Assembly (NCBI GenBank): GCA_017479385.1
Contig: JAFVCE010000024.1
Span: 21,179-85,178 of the forward strand
Length of the DNA: 64,000 bases
Origin: Bacteroidales bacterium
Lineage (GTDB): Bacteria; Bacteroidota; Bacteroidia; Bacteroidales; P3
Reading direction: 5' to 3'
The notes under the pieces: model-generated
Database searches by the model: none
What the model was told of the DNA's origin: nothing
Seen by the model: the letters and a program-made list of their open reading frames with translations, nothing else
Position numbers and translations under genes: made by a program
Part shown: positions 27,941 through 37,527 of the stretch, piece by piece
Position numbering within the stretch: position 1 is the stretch's first letter
Layout of the letters: every line of letters begins with the position of its first letter

Positions 27941-30900
27941 GTGTCGCTGCCCAGATGTGGCTTTTTTAAACATTTTTTTGCCATTCGACGTAATAAAAAA
28001 CGCTTTTTTGAGTTATTATTTAATAAACCTGCACTGTTGAAGACGGTTTGGAACATACTGAAACGAGTGTTGCTGGCAGTGTTTCTGCTGGTCTATGTGG
28101 CTGTAGCTCTGGTCAATAGCTCTATTGTTCAGTCCTATCTTGGCACCTACGTGGGCCGATACTTTTCGCGCGAGTGGGGCGGAACGGTCAAGGTTGGTTC
28201 GCTCCACGCCACTCCGTTCGACCACGTGATTTTAGACAACCTGCTGCTGGTTGCGCCCGACGGCGACACCCTGGCCGTGGCCGACCACATCACGGCGCGG
28301 TTCCGCAAGTTCCCGTTCCATAAAGGCGGCCTCGACTTCGACCGCGTCTATATCCGCAACACCTATTATCATCTCGAAGCTCATAACAAACTAACCAACC
28401 TGCAGTACATCATCGACTATTATAATCCCGACCACATCCGCCACAAGCCCACGGGCAAGCATTTCGTTGTCAAGGTTGGGCAGGTGGTGCTCAACGGGGT
28501 GCACTTTAAGCTCGACATAGACCAGCATCCGCGCTACGTGGTGCCCGACACCGGCGTCGTCATTCCTCACATGGAATTTCGCGACATAAAGGGCAAAATC
28601 CGCAACGTGAGGGTCGATAACGACTATGTCGACTGTCGCGTTGTCCACCTCGAAACCACCGAGCGGTCGGGCTTCCGCCTCGAATCGCTCTCGGCCGATG
28701 TCAAAGTTTCGCCCTACATCATATCTGCCCACAATGCCGACATCGTTACCGGCTCGAGCCACATACTCTGCGACGCAGAACTAACCTACGACACTTGGCT
28801 CGCCATGCGTGGCCTTGACTATTGTAATAACGTAAACCACGACGTTTTATTGCGCGAAGGCACAACAATTTCTCTCGCCGACGTAGCCTACTGGGCCCCA
28901 GTGCTTTGGGGCGCCGATGGCCAAATCGAGGCTCTTGGTCGCTTCTCGGGCCCTGTCAACAACCTCCACGCCGAGGGGGTACACTTCAGTTTTGGCGACA
29001 TGAGTGTGGTCGACCTCTTTGGCTCGGTCGTAGGCCTGCCTGTGGTAGACGACCTCGAGTTCGATATACGTCTCGAACGCCTCCTAACCAACTTTGCCGA
29101 CCTGCAAGGTTTGGGGTTTGGCAAGAGTCAACTCAAACTCAATTTCCCATCAGTGCTGGCCAAACTTGGCAACGTCGAGGCTTCGGCCAATATGCTTGGC
29201 GGCCTGCAACGCTGCACCGCCACGCTCCAAGCCATCACAGGGCTTGGCGACGTCGAAGCCTCTGCCTCGCTCGCCCAAGTCGGTGCCGATGGCAACTATG
29301 CCTACTCAGCCAACCTCTCCTCGGACGGTTTTGGCATTGCCGCACTTGTACCCAACGAGTGGGTGGCGCGGACGGGAATAGACATAGCCGTCAACGGCGA
29401 AGGATTCGACCTCGCCACGGCAACGGCTTCGCTCGACGGTAGGCTATTCAACACCACCTTGCACGGCAAACGCATAGCTTCGACCTCGATTTCGGCACAG
29501 ATGCAAAACAGCAACCTCACTGCCGATATTGCAATGAGCGACACCCTGGGCAACGTCAGCCTCAGTGGCAACGCGGGCTGGGCAGACTCGACGCTTTCGG
29601 CCTCCGTAGACCTTGCTGTTGCCGACCTTTGCCTCTCCGAATTTGGCATTATGGAAGGCGACAGCCTCGTGGTGAGCACACAGTTGCGTGCCGACATCGA
29701 GGCGCAAGATATAGAACACTTGAATGCTACCGTTTCGCTCGATAATACCAACATCAATCAGGTGGGCCGTCGCCTCGACCTTAGCAACGTCACCCTCAAA
29801 GCCACCGAAAAAGATGGTAGAAAGTCTGTGAACCTCAGTAGCGACATTGTCCGTGCCTCGCTCGACGGCTACTTTAGCTATGCCAACATCGGTTTGACGC
29901 TTCGCAACATGATTGACCGCTTTGTACCAACCGAATATAACCCCTACGTCGACAAGCCAGAGCCCGACTATCAGCCTGCCATGGCAGATGTGTTCAACTT
30001 TAGCGTGGTCATCGACGACGAATACAACCGCCTCGGTTCGTTCGTGCCAAACATTGGCGTAGCCAACCACACCACGCTCACGGGTAGTTACAGCTATGCC
30101 GAAACGCTCAAGATGGTGCTGCGGTCCGATTCGGTGCGCTTCGGCTCTGTGCGTCTGACCAATCTGTTTGGCAACAGTCGCTCCATTGGTAGTGGATACC
30201 GTATGTTGCTCGAATCGGACGAGCTGCTGATTGGTAACCGCGAGGTGGTTCAGAACATAGACCTTGCCGCTACGAGCGACACGGCTGGCATCGTTGCCTC
30301 GCTGCGGTGGGACGACGACCTGGCCACAACCCTCAACGAGGGCGACCTTTCGTTTCGCCTTGCCGACAACCGCATTGACGTTGCCAACCACACCTTTTAT
30401 ATTAATGGTGACCAATGGGACATTGCGTGTCCCGAAGGCATAGCGCTTGCCAACGGGGGACTGAGCGTCGCCTCGTTGGGCATTGGTTCGGACGGAAGCG
30501 GCATCAAGGCCTCGGCTTCGGTTACGGGGCAATATAACGACTACGTCGAATTGCAGTTCGACCGGCTCGGCCTACAGCGCCTCACAGGAGTTTTGCTTCA
30601 GAGTAGCCCGCTCGACGTGAGTGGCGATTTGAGTGGCCGTTTCAGTCTTTATGGCATTACAGACCGACCCTATTTCAACGCTATTCTCAAGGTAGATAGT
30701 TGCTTGCTCAACTCGTACCAGTTGGGCGATGTCGACATACAATCGAGTTGGAACTCCGAGTTCAATATCCTTAACCTCTACCTCACCTCCTTGCCGCTCA
30801 TGGCCGACGGCTATGTGGCTCTTGGTGGGAGCGAAGCCGAAATGGATTTTGCGGTTGATTTTCTGAACCTCAACCTCTCGATGTTCGAACCGGTGTTGGC

Positions 30901-32446
30901 CAACGTGGCTTCACGTTTTGGAGGCATACTGCGTGGCGGAATCAATGTGAGCGGCACCCTGCAATCGCCCGAAATACGTGGTGCTGCCATTGTAGACAAC
31001 GGTATCATCTCCCTCCCGATTACAGGCGTGACATATACTTTTAACGATAGCGTCGAGTTCGACAGCAACGTGGTGCGGCTCGAAAACTTCCGTATCGTCG
31101 ACCCTCAGGGCAACATTGCTGCCGTGAGTGGCGAAGTGGCCTACAACGGGCCCGACAACGTGGCCATAGCAGCCGAGTTGCACACCGATAACTTTATGGT
31201 GCTCAACAGCAGGCCCAACGGCGACTCGTTCTACGGAACGCTCTATATCGAAGCCGACGGCGTAGCCACAGGCTCGCTCAACGGCCTCGATGTCAACCTC
31301 GAAGCCCGCACAGCGCGCGGCAGCACCCTCACAGTGCCCATCAGCAACCGTCGCCAGGTGCAAGCTCAGAACTACATAACCTTCGTCTCTGATTCGCCAG
31401 AGCCAATCGCAGCCGTCTCGAAACGAAACCAACGGCAGCAGTCAGGAATGCTCACTTTGCAGGCTTCGCTCGACATAACGCGCGACCTTATGCTCAACCT
31501 GCCGATGGATTTTTCGGAGGTGAAAGCCAAAATGTCGGCTACGGGCGCTGGAGACATCCTTTTCTCGCTCGGCAACGATGGGCAACCCAACGTTCTTGGC
31601 TCATACATCTTCAACTCTGGCAGCATGAAACTGAACTTGGCTTCTATTCTCGAAAAGAGTTTCACCATCGATAATGGCAGCTCGCTCACCTTCCAGGGCG
31701 ACGTGATGAGCACCATGTTCGACATTAATGCCGTCTATTCGCAGCGCGTCAGCCTCAACTCGCTTACCGGTATGCAGGCTTCGGAAACAACGCAAAAAAC
31801 CGTTCAGGTTGAAGATGTTATCAACATTGCCGGCACTCTGCAAAACCCCGAAATAGGGTTCGATATTCGCCTGCCTAACACAGACCAGAGCGTACAGGAG
31901 GAGGTTTACTCGTATATAGACCGCAGCAACGAGCGCGATATGCTCAATCAAGCCATGTCGTTGTTACTTTTTGGCCGCTTTGCCAACAATTCTACCACCT
32001 CGCCCGTCACGGTGGGCGACGCCGCTTCTGTCAACGGAGCCTCGGTGGTGGCCGACGCTTTGAGCAGTGTTATTTCTGACATGGTGCAGTTTGTCGACGT
32101 AAATGTGGATTATCGCGGAGCCACCAGCCTCACCACCGAGCAAGTCGAGGTCGACATCAGCAAGGAGTGGCGCAACGTCTACTTTACCAGTTCGTTAGGC
32201 TATGGCGGCGAAACCCACGAACTCAGCTCTGAGGCCGAAGGTAGTACACTGGTGGGCGACCTGCTGGTGGGTTGGCGAGTGACACCGGCGTTGCACCTAT
32301 TTGCCTATAACAGAAGCAATACCAACGACTACACGCGCGTCGATATGCCTTTCAAGCAGGGTGTCGGCCTCAAACTGACCAAAGACTTCGACCGGTGGAG
32401 TGAACTTTTTTTTCGCAAGAAAAAACAAAAACAAGGTACTAAATAA
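27941..32446 (+). CDS. tamB: translocation and assembly module protein TamB (DUF490 family)
   Basis: 1501 aa with an N-terminal TM anchor (LLAVFLLVYVAVALV) and a long beta-rich body. It is divergent from tsaD. The start is uncertain: GTG at 27941 or in-frame TTG at 28037. Confidence 0.8.
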   Translation: MSLPRCGFFKHFFAIRRNKKRFFELLFNKPALLKTVWNILKRVLLAVFLLVYVAVALVNSSIVQSYLGTYVGRYFSREWGGTVKVGSLHATPFDHVILDNLLLVAPDGDTLAVADHITARFRKFPFHKGGLDFDRVYIRNTYYHLEAHNKLTNLQYIIDYYNPDHIRHKPTGKHFVVKVGQVVLNGVHFKLDIDQHPRYVVPDTGVVIPHMEFRDIKGKIRNVRVDNDYVDCRVVHLETTERSGFRLESLSADVKVSPYIISAHNADIVTGSSHILCDAELTYDTWLAMRGLDYCNNVNHDVLLREGTTISLADVAYWAPVLWGADGQIEALGRFSGPVNNLHAEGVHFSFGDMSVVDLFGSVVGLPVVDDLEFDIRLERLLTNFADLQGLGFGKSQLKLNFPSVLAKLGNVEASANMLGGLQRCTATLQAITGLGDVEASASLAQVGADGNYAYSANLSSDGFGIAALVPNEWVARTGIDIAVNGEGFDLATATASLDGRLFNTTLHGKRIASTSISAQMQNSNLTADIAMSDTLGNVSLSGNAGWADSTLSASVDLAVADLCLSEFGIMEGDSLVVSTQLRADIEAQDIEHLNATVSLDNTNINQVGRRLDLSNVTLKATEKDGRKSVNLSSDIVRASLDGYFSYANIGLTLRNMIDRFVPTEYNPYVDKPEPDYQPAMADVFNFSVVIDDEYNRLGSFVPNIGVANHTTLTGSYSYAETLKMVLRSDSVRFGSVRLTNLFGNSRSIGSGYRMLLESDELLIGNREVVQNIDLAATSDTAGIVASLRWDDDLATTLNEGDLSFRLADNRIDVANHTFYINGDQWDIACPEGIALANGGLSVASLGIGSDGSGIKASASVTGQYNDYVELQFDRLGLQRLTGVLLQSSPLDVSGDLSGRFSLYGITDRPYFNAILKVDSCLLNSYQLGDVDIQSSWNSEFNILNLYLTSLPLMADGYVALGGSEAEMDFAVDFLNLNLSMFEPVLANVASRFGGILRGGINVSGTLQSPEIRGAAIVDNGIISLPITGVTYTFNDSVEFDSNVVRLENFRIVDPQGNIAAVSGEVAYNGPDNVAIAAELHTDNFMVLNSRPNGDSFYGTLYIEADGVATGSLNGLDVNLEARTARGSTLTVPISNRRQVQAQNYITFVSDSPEPIAAVSKRNQRQQSGMLTLQASLDITRDLMLNLPMDFSEVKAKMSATGAGDILFSLGNDGQPNVLGSYIFNSGSMKLNLASILEKSFTIDNGSSLTFQGDVMSTMFDINAVYSQRVSLNSLTGMQASETTQKTVQVEDVINIAGTLQNPEIGFDIRLPNTDQSVQEEVYSYIDRSNERDMLNQAMSLLLFGRFANNSTTSPVTVGDAASVNGASVVADALSSVISDMVQFVDVNVDYRGATSLTTEQVEVDISKEWRNVYFTSSLGYGGETHELSSEAEGSTLVGDLLVGWRVTPALHLFAYNRSNTNDYTRVDMPFKQGVGLKLTKDFDRWSELFFRKKKQKQGTK

Positions 32447-32451
32447 TTGCT

Positions 32452-33303
32452 ATGAATAACGACTCGCGCATACCTCAATCCGTCTATCGGCTCAAGAACA
32501 ACATCGTTTTTGGTGTTGGCACAACGCTTTTTGTCTTTCTTTTTGCCGTAATCTATACCCCCACGTTTGGCTTCGACACCCCCGATACTTGGTATGCCCA
32601 CAGTTCGCTCACCATTCCGGTAACGGCCGTTATTGTGGCAGCCGTCATAGCAGTATCGCGTATGCTCCTGCTGCTCACCACGCGCCGGTTGCGCCTGCGC
32701 CCGCTCGAGTACCTCGTGTGGCAGGTGGGCGAAGTGGCCGTTATTGGCATTTTTGCCAACCTGTTTGTCTCTATTTTCTTCCGCCTCAACTACTTCAGAA
32801 TGCTCCCAACGGCGCTGCTCATAGCTGTAGCCATACTGGCTTTCCCCTACATCGTTTACTGGCTTTTTATCGAGTTGAGCGACCGCACCGCACAACTTGT
32901 GGCTACCACTATCGAGCTGGCCGAGCTGCAACAGAGCGCCACCACTGGCGAGGGCGTTACGATGCGCTTCGCCGACGAGAAAGGGGTGGTACGCCTCGTA
33001 GTAGGCTCGGCCAACGTCATTGCCGTCGAGTCGTCGGGCAACTATGTTACCATAACCTACGACAGCAGCGGCCAGGTAGCGCGCTTCAGCCTGCGCAACT
33101 CGCTCAAGAACGTCGAGGACCTCTGCCGTGTGGCGTCGCTCGTGCGTTGCCACCGCTCTTATTTCATCAATTTGCGCCGCGTCAAGCTTTTACGCAAGGA
33201 TTCGGATGCCATCTATGCCGAAATCGATGCCCCAGGAGTGGCCGACATACCTGTGTCGAAAACCTATTCGGCCGAAGTGGTAAAACTCTTCGGTGCCCTT
33301 TAA
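32452..33303 (+). CDS. membrane-anchored LytTR-domain DNA-binding protein (no receiver domain)
   Basis: 283 aa with about 4 N-terminal TM helices, then a LytTR-like C-terminus (IAVESSGNYVTITY...RCHRSYFINLRRV). It starts 5 nt after the tamB stop. Confidence 0.8.
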   Translation: MNNDSRIPQSVYRLKNNIVFGVGTTLFVFLFAVIYTPTFGFDTPDTWYAHSSLTIPVTAVIVAAVIAVSRMLLLLTTRRLRLRPLEYLVWQVGEVAVIGIFANLFVSIFFRLNYFRMLPTALLIAVAILAFPYIVYWLFIELSDRTAQLVATTIELAELQQSATTGEGVTMRFADEKGVVRLVVGSANVIAVESSGNYVTITYDSSGQVARFSLRNSLKNVEDLCRVASLVRCHRSYFINLRRVKLLRKDSDAIYAEIDAPGVADIPVSKTYSAEVVKLFGAL

Positions 33304-33330
33304 ACCAAACACGATAATCCCACCTTTGCC

Positions 33331-34239
33331 ATGAAAAAAACTATACATAATAACATCTTGAGCCGCCTCGTAGTGCTGCTAATGACGCTTGTCGCGGTCG
33401 AGTTCTCGGCCTGCGCCCAACCGCTGGCGGTCGACCGCTCGGTCGATTCGCTCCGCGTTGTTGGCGCCGAGTGGCGCGTTGACAGTCTCGACGGCTTTGT
33501 GCTCAAGCGCTATCACTTCGACGAAGGGCAACTGTTCAGCGCCGCCCAAAACCTCTGCCTCATCGAGATTCCGGCTGGCTCGCCACGGCGCTTGCGCTTT
33601 GTGGCCGACAGCGTGGCCCGACCCGTCTCCGAGTTGGCTTCCGAAGTCGGCGCCCTGGCTGCTGTCAACGGCTCGTACTTCGATATGCGCAGCGGTGCCC
33701 CCATTTGCTACCTCCGCATCGGTGGCCGCCAACTGGGCGAAAATATACCCAACGTCGGCGATTCGGTGCGTCGCAAATACTATCAGCACGCCACACTCAC
33801 TCTGCGCCAGGGTTTGCCGCTCATCGTCACCCCCGACACCAACCGTTTTTGGGAAGACAGCCTCGACTGCCGCAACGTGATGACGGCCGGCCCCATGTTG
33901 CTCAAGAGCGGAGCATTGGTGCCGCAGCGCGACGACCGCACCTTTGTCACCCATCGCCACAATCGCACCGCCATTGGCTTGCGGCCCGACGGCACGGTGG
34001 TTATTTTGGCCGTCGACGGACGCTTCCGCCACCGCTCAGAAGGGTTTACACTCAACGAGTTACAACTCGTTATGAAGTGGTTAGGCTGCGTCGACGCCAT
34101 CAACCTCGACGGCGGCGGCTCGACCACCATGTTTGTTGCTGGGCAAGACAGCAACGGGGTTGTCAACTACCCGTCCGACAACAATCGCTACGACCACCAG
34201 GGCGAGCGCCCTGTGGCCAATGCGGTAATCATCATTTAG
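33331..34239 (+). CDS. secreted phosphodiester glycosidase family protein (NAGPA-like, DUF2233)
   Basis: 302 aa with a signal peptide and the motifs AVNGSYFDM, RTAIGLRPDGTVVILAVDGR and AINLDGGGSTTM. Confidence 0.8.
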   Translation: MKKTIHNNILSRLVVLLMTLVAVEFSACAQPLAVDRSVDSLRVVGAEWRVDSLDGFVLKRYHFDEGQLFSAAQNLCLIEIPAGSPRRLRFVADSVARPVSELASEVGALAAVNGSYFDMRSGAPICYLRIGGRQLGENIPNVGDSVRRKYYQHATLTLRQGLPLIVTPDTNRFWEDSLDCRNVMTAGPMLLKSGALVPQRDDRTFVTHRHNRTAIGLRPDGTVVILAVDGRFRHRSEGFTLNELQLVMKWLGCVDAINLDGGGSTTMFVAGQDSNGVVNYPSDNNRYDHQGERPVANAVIII

Positions 34240-34315
34240 CATACCCTTCGGCACCGATAACACGATGCCTCTGGTTCGAGCGATGGTCGCCCGAAAGACC
34301 TATTTTTGGCGTGTC

Positions 34316-34401
34316 GTAACTGCCTCAGTATCAAGCCTTATTCGACCTCAATACGACCCTAACCCCTCTTTAATACGACTCTAACCCTGTAAATCAAGCA
34401 G
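34316..34401 (+). repeat. dispersed 11-bp-phased repeat, copy B
   Basis: gtaactgcc, then tcagtatcaag ccttattcgac ctcaatacgac cctaacccctc tttaatacgac tctaaccctgt aaatcaagcag. It lies between convergent gene ends. Confidence 0.88.
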
Positions 34402-34420
34402 TTATGAGCGCGTTTCGAGC

Positions 34421-34684
34421 CTATTTTGTGGCAATCGAACCTGGGTCGGGCTGGCGCTCGTCGCTCTCGGTGCAAACGCGCGAGCCGTAGCTGCCGTCGG
34501 TGCCGCGGTTGAGGGCCGAACAGGGGTTCGATGCGTCGGTGTAGACGGTGTTGGGCAGTGCGCCCTCGGCAGTGTAATCGTAGCAGTAGCAAGCCTTTGT
34601 GTCGCACGAGGTCATGGCCGTGGCGGCCATGGCGACCACGAGGGCTGCTGCGAGCTTGAGGCGGATGTGGTATTTCTTTGTCAT
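34421..34684 (-). CDS. small Cys-rich lipoprotein, unknown function
   Basis: 87 aa with lipobox AMTSC and five further Cys, including CYCY. Confidence 0.6.
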   Translation of the reverse strand: MTKKYHIRLKLAAALVVAMAATAMTSCDTKACYCYDYTAEGALPNTVYTDASNPCSALNRGTDGSYGSRVCTESDERQPDPGSIATK

Positions 34685-34719
34685 ATTGGTGGTGTGTTTT
34701 TTCTATTTTTGTTCTGAAC

Positions 34720-37500
34720 TTATTTCACGGTTATTTCGTCGGCAAAGAGCCAAGCCTGGTTGCCGGCGCTGATGTGCCAGTCGGGCAGGGGCCCAAAATT
34801 GCGTGCCATGACGCGAATGTAGCGCGCTTGGGCAAGCCCGTCGATGCGTAGGTTGTGGATGGAGGGTGTGCCCGAGTGGTCGGGTTCGATGTGTACTGGC
34901 AGTATGCCGAACGGCCGAAAGTCGACGCCGTCGGTAGAGTATTCGGCCACCACAAAGCGGGGCAGGAATATCCAACTGCGGGTGTTTTCGAGGCAGGTTA
35001 GTTCCACGCTGCTCACCTTGCGTTGACCAAGCAGGTCGATTGTCACATCCAGGTCTTCGCGCCATCCCTGCCAGCCGCCAATGAGGTAGTTCGAGGTGGC
35101 GTGCGTGCGGTCTATGAGGCCCGTTTTTCCACCGTCGAAGTATTGCGGGTCTGGCCATGTTTTGTAGGTCAAGGTGCGGTCGGCCACATAGCGGTTTAGG
35201 GTGTGTGCCACCACGGGGCTGGCTCCGCTGGTGGGGCTCAAGGCTATGGCGTTGACCACGCAGCTGGCGTTAATCTCGAAGGGGTGTGTGTAGCGTGTGG
35301 CGCGTTGTGGGTTGATGGTTGCGAGGGCGCTGTCGGCAATGGTGTAGTAGATTTCGGCCGTTGTGTCGCTACACATAAGGCCCACGATGGTCTTTTTGTC
35401 GAACTGCCGCTCCGAGTTGCCGAAAGCTGGTGCCGGGGTGGTGGCAATGGCGTCGTAGCGCAATGGTTGGTCTGTGAGTCGTCCGGTGGCCATATTGTAG
35501 CCTTTGCCTGCCTGCCAGTTGCGAGCGTCGATTTCTATGTCGGTGCCACTTGGGCGATGTATCACCACGTGGTTGAACAGTGGGCTAACAGTCACCCACT
35601 CGCCGCTGCCTGGGCACACGGGGTAGAGTCCGCAAGAACTGAGCACGTACCAGGCACTCATCGCCCCGCAGTCGTCGTTGCCGCAAAGGCCATCGGGTTC
35701 GGTGCTATACATCTGGTTCAGAATTAGATGAACCAACTCGTCTACCTTCTCTGGTTCAAAAAATGAATAGAGGTAGGCGGCGTGGTGCGAGGGCTCGTTG
35801 CCGTGGGCATATTGGCCAATTAGGCCGGTTATGTCGCTCTGGTCGCGTCCGGTGAGGGTAGAGGTGCCATAGAATAGCGAGTCGAGCATTGCGCGTGCCC
35901 TTTCTTGTCCCAAAGCGGCCACCCAACCGCCCACGTTGTGAGGCACATAGGTCGAATATTGCCAAGAGTTGGCCTCGGTGTAGTGGTTGTTGACCTCGGT
36001 GGGGTTGAAGGGTAGGAGGTAAGCGCCGTTTTGTCGCGGGTGCATAAAGCCGTCGTCGTCCATCAGGTTGCGCCACGAGTCGGCTCGTTTCATATATACA
36101 TTATATATACTGTCGCGTCCAAGCCGCTTGGCATATTGGGCAATACACCAGTCGTCGTAGGCGTATTCGAGGGTTTTCGAAACCGATTCGTTGTCAATTT
36201 CGCTGCTCAAGTAGCCCTGCATGGCATAGGCTCGATGGGCCTCGGTGCGGTTCGAGGTGGCAATGAGGGCCTCGAGCAATTCGTTGTCTACAATGCCAGA
36301 CTCCAAAATCACGGGTGCGGCGTGGTAGCCAATCATGCAGTGGGTCTCGTGTGCGGCCAGTTCCCACATGGTCAGTTCGCCTCCTTGGCGGTAGTGTTGG
36401 CGGAAGGTGTATACAAAGTCGGCGGTGCGCTTGGGGTCAATCACGGTAAGTAACGGGTGCAGAGCGCGATAGGTGTCCCAAAGCGAGAACACGGTGTAGA
36501 CCTCGTGGCCGCTGTCGGCGGTGTGGATTTTGCCGTCTGTGCCACGATAGCGGCCGTCGGCATCGCTCCAAAGATAGGGCGACGTCATGCAGTGGTAGAG
36601 GGCTGTGTAGAACATGGTTCGCTGCTCGTCCGAGCCCCCTTCGATTTCTATTTTGCCCAACTCGCGCTCCCATTCGGCGTTGGCTCCGCGGCGGGCGGCG
36701 TCGAACGATTTGTATTGGGCCGCGTTGAGGTTGGCGAGGGCACCGTCTATGTCAACACCCGAAATGGCCACTTTGAGGTTGACGATGATGGTGTTTTCGG
36801 GGAATACGGCAATAGCCTGTGTGCTGTCGGGACCGTAGATGAGGGTATCGATTTTGGTGTCTGATTTGATGGCGAAAAAGAGTTTCTGGTCGGGGTTCCA
36901 AGAGCTGCTGCGGCGATGGCCAACGAGGGTCTTGTTGTCTGTCATCGAGAGCGAGGCGTCAATCAGTGGGTCGCGGTGGCGCAGGTCTACTACTACGGCG
37001 CGCAGCCCCTTGCCGTCGAATGTGTAGCTATGGTAGGCCACACGGCGGTCGGCCGTTAGTTCGGCAATGATGCCCGAGCGACTGAGCATAACGCTGTAGT
37101 ATCCGGCGCGGACGTTCTCTTTGCGGTGAATGAAGGCCGATTTGTAGTGGTTGCGCATACCGAGGCTGTCGGCCAACATGGCTTCAATCTCGTTTTGGGT
37201 CATGGTGACAGGCATGAGCAGCAGGTCGCAGTAGTCTTCGACTCCGGTGCCGCTGAGGTGGGTGTGGCTGAAACCGTAGATGGTGTCGTCCGAATAGTGG
37301 TAGCCGCTACAGCCGTCCCAACCCGAGAGGCGCGTGTCGGGGCCTGGCTGAATCATGCCGAAGGGTACGATGGCGGCTGGTGTGGTGTGGCCGTGGCCAT
37401 CGGTGCCGATGAGGGGGTCGACATAGGTGGTCAGGGTTTTCTTGGTGCAGCCCGACAGCAGTAGGGTCGCCGCGGCGAGGCAGAACATCAGCTTTTTCAT
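34720..37500 (-). CDS. GH92-family alpha-mannosidase with C-terminal F5/8 type C (discoidin) domain
   Basis: 926 aa with a lipoprotein signal (LLLSGC), the N-terminal YVDPLIGTDGHGHTTP motif characteristic of GH92, and a C-terminal discoidin-like ~140 aa. Confidence 0.88.
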   Translation of the reverse strand: MKKLMFCLAAATLLLSGCTKKTLTTYVDPLIGTDGHGHTTPAAIVPFGMIQPGPDTRLSGWDGCSGYHYSDDTIYGFSHTHLSGTGVEDYCDLLLMPVTMTQNEIEAMLADSLGMRNHYKSAFIHRKENVRAGYYSVMLSRSGIIAELTADRRVAYHSYTFDGKGLRAVVVDLRHRDPLIDASLSMTDNKTLVGHRRSSSWNPDQKLFFAIKSDTKIDTLIYGPDSTQAIAVFPENTIIVNLKVAISGVDIDGALANLNAAQYKSFDAARRGANAEWERELGKIEIEGGSDEQRTMFYTALYHCMTSPYLWSDADGRYRGTDGKIHTADSGHEVYTVFSLWDTYRALHPLLTVIDPKRTADFVYTFRQHYRQGGELTMWELAAHETHCMIGYHAAPVILESGIVDNELLEALIATSNRTEAHRAYAMQGYLSSEIDNESVSKTLEYAYDDWCIAQYAKRLGRDSIYNVYMKRADSWRNLMDDDGFMHPRQNGAYLLPFNPTEVNNHYTEANSWQYSTYVPHNVGGWVAALGQERARAMLDSLFYGTSTLTGRDQSDITGLIGQYAHGNEPSHHAAYLYSFFEPEKVDELVHLILNQMYSTEPDGLCGNDDCGAMSAWYVLSSCGLYPVCPGSGEWVTVSPLFNHVVIHRPSGTDIEIDARNWQAGKGYNMATGRLTDQPLRYDAIATTPAPAFGNSERQFDKKTIVGLMCSDTTAEIYYTIADSALATINPQRATRYTHPFEINASCVVNAIALSPTSGASPVVAHTLNRYVADRTLTYKTWPDPQYFDGGKTGLIDRTHATSNYLIGGWQGWREDLDVTIDLLGQRKVSSVELTCLENTRSWIFLPRFVVAEYSTDGVDFRPFGILPVHIEPDHSGTPSIHNLRIDGLAQARYIRVMARNFGPLPDWHISAGNQAWLFADEITVK

Positions 37501-37527
37501 CGCGTGAGAGTTGTTGTTTTTCGGGGG

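Noticed and set aside
34316-34401. Dispersed repeat as integron attC sites, a MITE or a small peptide gene
   Set aside because: There is no integrase. The CCCTAAC/GTTAGGG strings do not form the paired R''/R' inverted core of attC. I found no terminal inverted repeats or target-site duplications at the ends. The partly conserved reading frame (SVSSLIRPQYDPNPSL...) has no start codon and ends at different stops in each copy. The differences between copies are not biased to synonymous positions.
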